Below, one piece after another: positions 56,659 through 64,000 of a stretch of DNA of 64,000 bases. Position 1 is the first letter of the stretch. Each line of letters opens with the position of its first letter. This DNA comes from Candidatus Thorarchaeota archaeon (GTDB lineage Archaea > Asgardarchaeota > Thorarchaeia > Thorarchaeales > Thorarchaeaceae): NCBI GenBank assembly GCA_048882485.1, contig JBHLRP010000001.1:96001-160000 (forward strand), in the 5' to 3' direction. The notes beneath the pieces were generated by a model that saw only the letters and a program-made list of their open reading frames with translations, did not search any database and was not told where the DNA came from. The position numbers and the translations under genes were made by a program.

Positions 56659-57462
56659 TCAGTTTTCCTGGTGCTCAAATAGCATTACTCGAATACGAGA
56701 CCAATAGGCCATGCCATGAGCTTCAATGCGATCTTCAAACTCTGACCAAAGGTCATCAAAGCTCCGAGCTGAAACGCCAAACTCGGAGAAGATTGTAGGA
56801 GCAACATTACAGGCAAACTTCAGTTCTTCCCTTGCCTGAGCTGCTGTCATCTTCTTTGGATAGATGAATTGCTTCTCCTCGAGCAGACGCAATCCGAGCG
56901 ACTCAATCTCTCCCTGATACCATTCTCTGGTCCCAAAAATGGGATTCAATCCTGTAGCAGCCCAAACAGCTTGCGCAATTTTCTCTTCGGGAAGGTCTCC
57001 ATATTCAACCAAACTGATCTGGAGAAGTCCTTTCTCATCAAGAACCCGCACCATCTCAGAGAGAGCAATCTGGACTCCCACAATTCCTCTTGTCATATGG
57101 ATGTCTTCCAAACCTAGGAAATTAATGACTAAGTCAAAGGCACCATCAGAGAATGGAATCATCAGTGCATCAGAAGCGATGTATTCAACATGTGTCCAAA
57201 TCCTCTGGGGATATGTGTCAGATTTCCTCAGCGTAACATATGAATCGACATCATTTCTCAAGCCCAAAGCTATGAACCTGCTTGTAGGGAGTAGATGCGC
57301 AAACTCTGCAGTCAGATAGCCATGACCTGCTGGGACATCTAGAATTAGATTTGCTCTATCTTTGCTTGAGGAATGAACTAGTTCAGCAATTCCTTTGCGC
57401 ATCTTGCCGAATTCATGAAATGCTGCTGCATACTCAAGGTCAGTAAGAAACTTGAATGACAA
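56659..57462 (-). CDS. Class I SAM-dependent methyltransferase
   Basis: ILDVPAGHG motif I, DA..IPFSDGAFDLV, EMVRVL...G. Confidence 0.88.
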   Translation of the reverse strand: MSFKFLTDLEYAAAFHEFGKMRKGIAELVHSSSKDRANLILDVPAGHGYLTAEFAHLLPTSRFIALGLRNDVDSYVTLRKSDTYPQRIWTHVEYIASDALMIPFSDGAFDLVINFLGLEDIHMTRGIVGVQIALSEMVRVLDEKGLLQISLVEYGDLPEEKIAQAVWAATGLNPIFGTREWYQGEIESLGLRLLEEKQFIYPKKMTAAQAREELKFACNVAPTIFSEFGVSARSFDDLWSEFEDRIEAHGMAYWSRIRVMLFEHQEN

Positions 57463-57586
57463 TGCTTCCTACACCGCCATTGGCCTGACATGCATTTCCC
57501 ACGACCTAGGCAAATAGAGAATAGCTACTAGAAAAACGCCTAGGTTTCACAATGCAAGCCAGTCAGCTATCATATGAGTCAGATTT

Positions 57587-57814
57587 CTAGGTCCGCACTG
57601 CTATGCAAGTCTCAGTACGAATGATTCCTGGAATAGCATGAACATTGTCCATGACAGCTCGAAGATTTTCCACAGGCATGTCAAGGCGGACTATGATGTC
57701 GTAGGGTCCAGTGACGACATGAACTGATTCAACATGGTCTACCTTCTCGAGAGCTTCTGATACAGCCCACATCTGTCCCGATTCCGCTTGAATCAGAATA
57801 TGTACGGATGCCAT
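57587..57814 (-). CDS. Stand-alone Lrp/AsnC ligand-binding (RAM) domain protein
   Basis: MASVHILI...VHVVTGPYDIIV...IPGIIRTETCI, no HTH. GAGGT RBS before ATG 57814. Confidence 0.88.
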   Translation of the reverse strand: MASVHILIQAESGQMWAVSEALEKVDHVESVHVVTGPYDIIVRLDMPVENLRAVMDNVHAIPGIIRTETCIAVRT

Positions 57815-57890
57815 AAACTTGACCTCGATTCTACATTTAGCTTGTCCGATATAAGTGCGTCCCATTCCGTTAAGTTTGACTGTTTCATCA

Positions 57891-60485
57891 TCAGCCGCGG
57901 CCCAAATCGCGCAGAAGACCCACAACTCGAGTCTTTGTGGTATTCCGGATGGCGTAATAGGAAGCGGCGATTGAACCCACCAGGGAGAAGACGATGAGAA
58001 ACGCAATTCCCGGATTTACGAGATGTACCGCACCGCCAGTGAATCGTAGTATTATATCTGATAGTGCAACTTGCACAATGAGGCCGATTGCAACACCAAC
58101 ACCAACACCTGATACCATACCACTCGCGCTCTCAGCTGTCAATGAACTGGCGATCTCTGATTGAGACATTCCGAGAGCAGATAGCATGCCAATCTCGCGC
58201 CTTCGAGTAGATGCTATTGACCAGCTACTCAAAAAGGCACTCGCCAAGGTTACGAGAAATAGCGTAGCTAGCGACGCATTAACCACCACTTGAATTGCAT
58301 TAAGTGCAGCCTCATAGTCGGCCTCCAAAGAAGATACCAGCACTGGATGCGCATTTGGTGTCATTATGATGTCGGCAATAGTGGCATCAGGATCGGATGA
58401 ATCAATCAAAACACTCCCAACCATGAATTCCTGCTCACGAACGATTTCCCATGTTTCTGCTCCCACTATCGCAAAATTAGGATTCACAATACTGACTATG
58501 AACACCGGAACTGCTGACTCGCATATCCCAGCGACCCGAACATCCTCAGCCGCTCCAATCTCAATATAATCTCCAATATCAACACTTAGAGCCTCGGCTG
58601 AATACTCAGATAGGATGCAAGTGTATGGTTCATTTATTGCAAGGAACCCCAATGATTGATTCTGTTGGCTCAACAATGAGAGCGACGCCAAGCGCGAGAA
58701 TCCTTCAGGTCGTATGCCCATAATTAGTCCAAATTCTGTTTTGACTGGACTAATTATGTCTGCAAGTCCCTGGTTCATTGCTACGGCTTCAGTGACATTC
58801 GCCATATCTTCAATATCTTCGATGAACTCGATTTGACCTGGGGGATCCATGTAAACAACAATATTGGCAGAGCTTGTTTGCCAACCAAGATTGGCGCTCC
58901 AAGATTCTGATATAGCCAACCCTACATTAGTTGAGGCAATAAAAAGCACAGTCACCGAAACAAAGAGATTGAAAATAACCAATCCACTCAGTGTGTTCCG
59001 TTTGATGTTCTTTGTTGCCATTGATTGAACTACCCGGGAGGACCGCGATACCAAAGGACGAATAACGAGTTCGGAGTTGGCGAGCTTTGGTGATAATGAA
59101 ACGACAGCCATCAGGAATGCAGGAATTGAAGCAATTCGAATGAGGTCAGATGATATCCAGTGTAATCCAAACAAATCAGAAAACATCTGTATGAATACCA
59201 ATGCAACAAGAACCACTGAGATGGATATCAAAAACCATTGAATTCGTCTGCTTGTTTTTGGAGTCATAGCACCTTTGCGTTGTGATGGTGCAATGGGGCC
59301 TGAGCCAATGCTTTCTACGACAGATCCTTTTGATGCCCTCCAAGCAGGAAGATAACCAGCTAGGAGCGTTAGGAAGATTCCAATAAGACCTGCAAGTAGC
59401 ATCAACATAGGATCAATTGCATTCACAGACGAGATGAAACTTGATGTTGGAGAGATGGCCATAATTGAGAGTAGAAGAACAGCAAACTGAATCACAACCG
59501 CACCCATTGCGAGACCAAGAATGCCGCCAAAAAAGGCACCAATGAGTCCTATTGTCCCAATTTCCGACATAAACAGCATGAGTACCTTTGCTCTTGGTGC
59601 GCCAAATGCGAGGACCACACCCGTTTCATATCTCCTCTCATTGAAGACCATGGCAAAAGCGGAAAAGACTCTGAAGATGGCAATGAAGCAGGCTGCAGCA
59701 ACTAGTGCCAACAGGATTGTCCGTGCTTGAGCGAGAAAGATACTGGCAAGCTGAAGGGGGTACATCTTGACATTTGAAACAATGAAATCCTCACCAAGGA
59801 GGTGGGATATTTGGTTCACAACATCAGGCGCTCTGAAAATGTCATCGATTTCCACAAGCAGCTTCCCAACTGAATCCTCAGGATATCTAATACGATAGAT
59901 AGAATGTGCTGTTTCCAAAGAAACAAAGATAACCGGTCCTATGACACCCTTATCGAGTGCCAAACCATAGCCGCTGACATTGAGGAATTGAGAGCCCGCT
60001 GTAGTTGAAAGCTGTAGTTCATCACCAACACCTAGGGTTAGAAGATTCACCGCTTCCCTTGTCAGGAAGCATTTGCTGTTTGAAAGATCAAGTATCCCCT
60101 TGGTTGAATTGAGGCTACCTATATGTTGCTCTTGCTGTAGGTCGAGCCCCACTAGAATCAGATAGAGGGTTTCAGTTCCGTTCTCAATCCAAACATACTC
60201 TTCAATTCTGGGAATAGTGTTTGTTACACTGGGGATACGCTCAATCTCGGCTTTCAAGTCAGCTGTAATTCGTCTGTTCCACCGTCCACCATTTGAGACC
60301 GTGATATCAATTGGTGAAAGCGTGTCTTGCAGAAAGAGATTAGCACTATTCTGGAGACTTGTACTTGCTGATAGTGCAGTGTATAGGAGACTTACTGCAA
60401 TCGCAATTGAAATAACCGTGAACATGGCAACACGCTTTCTTCGGAAGGCGTTTCTGAAGCCCATGCGTGCGATTTCTCTCATCAA
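57891..60485 (-). CDS. FtsX/MacB-like ABC permease with duplicated architecture
   Basis: RNAFRRKR...TM, large extracytoplasmic loop, ERRYETGV..AFGA and RRREIGMLSALGM motifs in two repeats. Confidence 0.88.
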   Translation of the reverse strand: MMREIARMGFRNAFRRKRVAMFTVISIAIAVSLLYTALSASTSLQNSANLFLQDTLSPIDITVSNGGRWNRRITADLKAEIERIPSVTNTIPRIEEYVWIENGTETLYLILVGLDLQQEQHIGSLNSTKGILDLSNSKCFLTREAVNLLTLGVGDELQLSTTAGSQFLNVSGYGLALDKGVIGPVIFVSLETAHSIYRIRYPEDSVGKLLVEIDDIFRAPDVVNQISHLLGEDFIVSNVKMYPLQLASIFLAQARTILLALVAAACFIAIFRVFSAFAMVFNERRYETGVVLAFGAPRAKVLMLFMSEIGTIGLIGAFFGGILGLAMGAVVIQFAVLLLSIMAISPTSSFISSVNAIDPMLMLLAGLIGIFLTLLAGYLPAWRASKGSVVESIGSGPIAPSQRKGAMTPKTSRRIQWFLISISVVLVALVFIQMFSDLFGLHWISSDLIRIASIPAFLMAVVSLSPKLANSELVIRPLVSRSSRVVQSMATKNIKRNTLSGLVIFNLFVSVTVLFIASTNVGLAISESWSANLGWQTSSANIVVYMDPPGQIEFIEDIEDMANVTEAVAMNQGLADIISPVKTEFGLIMGIRPEGFSRLASLSLLSQQNQSLGFLAINEPYTCILSEYSAEALSVDIGDYIEIGAAEDVRVAGICESAVPVFIVSIVNPNFAIVGAETWEIVREQEFMVGSVLIDSSDPDATIADIIMTPNAHPVLVSSLEADYEAALNAIQVVVNASLATLFLVTLASAFLSSWSIASTRRREIGMLSALGMSQSEIASSLTAESASGMVSGVGVGVAIGLIVQVALSDIILRFTGGAVHLVNPGIAFLIVFSLVGSIAASYYAIRNTTKTRVVGLLRDLGRG

Positions 60486-60683
60486 TCGTGCTTCGTCTCC
60501 AATAGTTAGGCGTGAGGTGTCAGTACTACGTAATAAGAAATATGAATAGATAAAACAATTCTATTGGGCTAGTATAAGCCATCCAAATAGATCCACAATA
60601 TTAATTGGAGTTGACCAAAACTGTCGGTCAGAAGGGGCATTTATACAAAATTCATTCTACGGAGAATCGTAGATCTCCCCTAT

Positions 60684-61928
60684 TTGCTGACAGAACCCGC
60701 GCCTGAGGTAGAACCAGGAGGTCCTACACTAAAAGCAAGATATGTTTCCCTCGCTCTGTTTGCAGGCTGTTGCGTCTTCCCCATACTGCAAATAACGAGT
60801 CTTGTCATTCAAGGTATGCCGCTTTATACCACAATGACGTTTCTCTCCGCATTTCTCTATCTAGTCAGTAGAACTAGGCATTATGAAATCACAGCAAAGA
60901 TTGGGATCGTTCTTGTTTCTATATTGCCATTCATTGCATTGTTTTCCAATCCTATTTGGGACCAGCGGGGGCTTATGTTCCAAATTTTCACGTGGCCTAT
61001 TTTGGCTGTAGTTATTGGCAGTCAAATCCTAAGTCCGAGATCTGAAACGATACTGGGGCTCCTATTGAATGCAGCTCTTATTCTGACAGTCATTGTCCAT
61101 CCAGGGATTGCCATCGCAGTCGCAGCTGAAGTAATCGCGGCCGAAATTGCTCTTACTATCCTAATTTTGCTGGGAAACTGGACGCATATGTACTATGTAG
61201 AACAACTTGAGAAGCGAAATAGGGATTTGGATGAACGACAAAAAGAGCTGCAAATTTACACGTCAATACTAACTCATGACCTAGGCAACGATATGCAGGT
61301 AGTCATTGGAGGAATCGAGCTCTCATCTTTGATGCTCTCCCCTCAAGAAGGACGAATTTCTGACCAGCTGAAGATATCTCTGGCAGCTGGAGAGCGAATG
61401 GCGAGCTTGCTTAGACTGTTCTCATCTCCTGTTCCCGAGGAGTTCGAGAACGTGGTTTTGATGCTCGAGTATATTTCAGAGCTTGCTAGATTGATGGACA
61501 GGGATCTCACAATTGAAATCAGTGCGGACAGTGAAGCTCGACAAGTTCGCCCTCGAAGCAAACTCGTCAGTACAGTCTTTTCGAATATGATTCGAAACGT
61601 ATCTCAGCATGCTGGGAGCAGTCCTAAAGTTGAGATTATGGCTAAAATGCAGAGCGAGCTTTTAGAAGTCATATTCTGTGATGATGGTCCGGGAGTTCCA
61701 ATCCAATTTCGAAGCGTAATATTCGAAAAGGGATTTACAACAAAGGGAGGAGCTGGAATGGGACTCTATCTCACAAAATCAATTATGGAGCATTTGGGCG
61801 GAACAATTGAGCTTATAGATTTGGTTGATAGAGAGGGGTGTGCTTTCCGGCTGCTCATTCCAATCCAGCGGATTGACAAAGATGAGTTCGGATATAGCAG
61901 AGTCCTACGACAGGGGCCTAGGATCTAG
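60684..61928 (+). CDS. Membrane sensor histidine kinase
   Basis: About 6 TM, H-box THDLGN, N-box NMIRN, DDGPG, F, GAGMGL. Confidence 0.92.
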   Translation: MLTEPAPEVEPGGPTLKARYVSLALFAGCCVFPILQITSLVIQGMPLYTTMTFLSAFLYLVSRTRHYEITAKIGIVLVSILPFIALFSNPIWDQRGLMFQIFTWPILAVVIGSQILSPRSETILGLLLNAALILTVIVHPGIAIAVAAEVIAAEIALTILILLGNWTHMYYVEQLEKRNRDLDERQKELQIYTSILTHDLGNDMQVVIGGIELSSLMLSPQEGRISDQLKISLAAGERMASLLRLFSSPVPEEFENVVLMLEYISELARLMDRDLTIEISADSEARQVRPRSKLVSTVFSNMIRNVSQHAGSSPKVEIMAKMQSELLEVIFCDDGPGVPIQFRSVIFEKGFTTKGGAGMGLYLTKSIMEHLGGTIELIDLVDREGCAFRLLIPIQRIDKDEFGYSRVLRQGPRI

Positions 61929-61996
61929 CGCCCAAGACTAGATGTCGACTCAAAGAATAAATGTGCAGCCGCTCACGACAAGCCGGGAGATAATTC

Positions 61997-63592
61997 TTGA
62001 CAGAGATTAAGACAAGGGTTCAACAAGTGACCGTCTTCAGAGATGGGGCTCGTGTATCCCGAAGTGGAACTGCAAAACTAGATGCAGGGTCTCAGAAGGT
62101 ATTGGTCAAAGGAATAACGTCCTACGCACAGGAAGACAGCTTCCGTGTGAAGGGAAGAGGCCCCGCAGCATTATCTACTGTTGATGTTAGAAGAACAGAG
62201 GTCGTGTTTGATCCAAAGCAAGATGTCAAGCCGCTCTATAAAGAACTGAAAAAGCTGGAGAAATCTCTCCAGAAGGCAAACGACGAGATCGAGACTCAGA
62301 ATCAGAGGCTCACCAATATACGGGGAATGGTTGGAGATTTCGCAGGGACTTTCGGCATGCTGTTTGCAGCCAGTGAGGCGAAGATTGACCAGCTAACTGA
62401 AATGGATTCAAAATCGGATAAGATGGTAGATGCCGTCAAGAAGAAGCTGAGAGATTTAACAGAGCAGCGCAAGGAGCTTCAGAATCAGATTAACATTTTG
62501 AGAAGCAACATTGGGCAAATTGAGTCAAAGAGAAGAACCGACTCGTTCTATGAAGTTGAAATCTCCTTGGAGATTAGGGATAAGGCGGAAGTGGAACTTG
62601 ATGTGACATATCAAGTGAGTGGGGCAAACTGGATTCCGTCCTATGATGTAGACCTGCTTCCTGGTTCGGCGAAGATTCGAAGGATGGCACTTGTTGCAAA
62701 TGCAACCCGCGAGGAATGGGAAAATGTCGGGCTCACTGTGTCAACCGCCACAGCAAGGCCGGTTGAGGCGGTTGAGGGTTCTCCTCTCATAATCACAGCA
62801 TATGACCCAGAGATGCTGCGTAGACGAAGAGATGAGAGAAGGAGAGTTTCGAGTTCTATTGCAATGAAGAAAGAAAAGGCAATGCCTAAGCCAATGGCAG
62901 CAGCACCCGGTGCCGCCCCTCCCCCAGCTCCACCCCCCGAGATTGAAGAGGAGTTTGCTGAAGCATCAGAGGCAGCATCTGGGATCTCAGTATATGATCT
63001 ACCAAAACCGGTATCGATTCCATCAGATAACGAACGTCATCCAGTGACTCTAATTGAGGAGGAGTTCGATTCAAGCACAATCCATTATTGGTACGCTGAT
63101 GGCATGGCAGAGGTCGTCGCCCAGGATGAGATCACAAATGGTGACACGGTGCTCCTACCTGGTGGTGCTAAGGTTTATGCAGAGGGCGACTATATCGGAG
63201 AGACCAGCATCAGTCTGATGAGTCCGCGCGAGAAGTTCAAGCTTGGTACAAGGACTGCATATGATGTCAAGGCAACAAAGAAGCTAATTGATCGTGAGGT
63301 CGAAAAGGCAGGCATCACCCGTGGAAAGCTTAGACGAGCATACAAGTATCGTCTAGAGATAGAGAGCTATTCGAAGCGTCCTTTGAAAATGGAAGTTTTC
63401 GACAGAATCCCCCATAGTCTGAATCCGTCTATTGAGGTCAAAGCAGACTGGAACAGGTTCAACATGAAGAAGCAAGAGCTTGGCGTCATTGAGTGGAACA
63501 TAGAGATCGAGCCCAAAGAGAAGAGGAATATAGATTATGACTATGAGGTAGAGTGGGAACGTAACGTTACGATACACCCGCCACTGCCCTAG
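61997..63592 (+). CDS. DUF4140/DUF4139 (mucoidy inhibitor MuiA-like) protein
   Basis: VTVFRDGA.V.R, coiled coil, Y.V..A.W.P.YD, N.T.E.W..V.L..ST, LLPG....Y..G.Y.G, DRIP.S. Confidence 0.88.
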   Translation: MTEIKTRVQQVTVFRDGARVSRSGTAKLDAGSQKVLVKGITSYAQEDSFRVKGRGPAALSTVDVRRTEVVFDPKQDVKPLYKELKKLEKSLQKANDEIETQNQRLTNIRGMVGDFAGTFGMLFAASEAKIDQLTEMDSKSDKMVDAVKKKLRDLTEQRKELQNQINILRSNIGQIESKRRTDSFYEVEISLEIRDKAEVELDVTYQVSGANWIPSYDVDLLPGSAKIRRMALVANATREEWENVGLTVSTATARPVEAVEGSPLIITAYDPEMLRRRRDERRRVSSSIAMKKEKAMPKPMAAAPGAAPPPAPPPEIEEEFAEASEAASGISVYDLPKPVSIPSDNERHPVTLIEEEFDSSTIHYWYADGMAEVVAQDEITNGDTVLLPGGAKVYAEGDYIGETSISLMSPREKFKLGTRTAYDVKATKKLIDREVEKAGITRGKLRRAYKYRLEIESYSKRPLKMEVFDRIPHSLNPSIEVKADWNRFNMKKQELGVIEWNIEIEPKEKRNIDYDYEVEWERNVTIHPPLP

Positions 63593-63601
63593 GGAGGTGT
63601 A

Positions 63602-64000
63602 ATGATGACAGTTGAGATGAAGACCAATATAACCAATGTGACGGTGTTCCGTGACGGTGCGAGAGTAACCCGGTCAGGCAAGAAACAACTCGTGCCAGGC
63701 GAACAAGAGTTCATCATTGCTGGCTTATCCTATCTCGCACAGGATGACAGTTTCCGAGTCAAGGGGCGAGGTGCAGCGATGCTAAAAGGAATCGATGTGA
63801 AACAGAAGACTCAGACATTTGAACCTGAAGGGGACCTGGCTGCCCTTCTCGAGGAATTTGAAACGCTGCAGAAAGAACGACAGATTATCACCGATAATAT
63901 AGAACAGCAGAACTCACGATTGGGGTTCCTTTCCTCCATATCTCAGCAGTTTTCCACTGAGTTTGGCAAATGGTATGCAGCTGGAGAATCGGGGATGGAG
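63602..64000 (+). CDS. Second DUF4140/DUF4139 paralog, truncated by the window edge
   Basis: Manual translation MMTVEMKTNITNVTVFRDGARVTRSG...AQDDSFRVKGRG. GGAGGTG RBS, 9 nt after the paralog's stop. Confidence 0.9.
   Translation, partial: MMTVEMKTNITNVTVFRDGARVTRSGKKQLVPGEQEFIIAGLSYLAQDDSFRVKGRGAAMLKGIDVKQKTQTFEPEGDLAALLEEFETLQKERQIITDNIEQQNSRLGFLSSISQQFSTEFGKWYAAGESGME

Noticed and set aside
1-64000. Prophage, transposon or integrated element
   Set aside because: No integrase, transposase, capsid or terminase genes, terminal repeats or obvious compositional break were seen.

Overview
A gene-dense archaeal chromosome segment of about 55 CDS with short intergenic spacers, GGAGG-type ribosome-binding sites, frequent TTG starts and TATA-like promoters. 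Two TFB genes make it archaeal. A Rab-like small GTPase, large C-terminally anchored surface proteins and many peptidases point to an Asgard archaeon, most plausibly Thorarchaeota (inference, no marker gene seen). I found no rRNA, tRNA, CRISPR array, transposase or integrase. Housekeeping and metabolic genes include cysS, rsmA/ksgA, fdhD, an NADH oxidase/CoA-disulfide reductase, a LarA-family racemase, a radical SAM enzyme, a racemase plus M19 dipeptidase pair, transporters and two histidine kinases. Three CDS are missing from the ORF track: an FG-GAP-repeat surface protein running off the left edge, a 52-aa rubredoxin at 50975-51133, and a second DUF4139 gene running off the right edge. The most interesting observations are: (1) a 2085-aa almost purely transmembrane protein built of repeating units with basic amphipathic helices, next to a membrane-anchored SF2 helicase and a Zn-ribbon/CFI-box protein; (2) a feo operon with FeoB split into two genes, His-rich inserts, an extra membrane subunit and a DtxR-like operator, transcribed divergently from nickel-dependent larA; (3) tandem TFB paralogs, the second possibly starting at a non-canonical ATA behind an intercistronic hairpin; (4) an M48 protease with an inserted EF-hand directly downstream of the Rab-like GTPase; (5) a macro + degenerate macro + Nudix ADP-ribose module; (6) a tandem 26-bp operator before a two-domain retropepsin; (7) a structured leader before an ABC exporter. 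All family assignments come from motif recognition by eye, without database searches.
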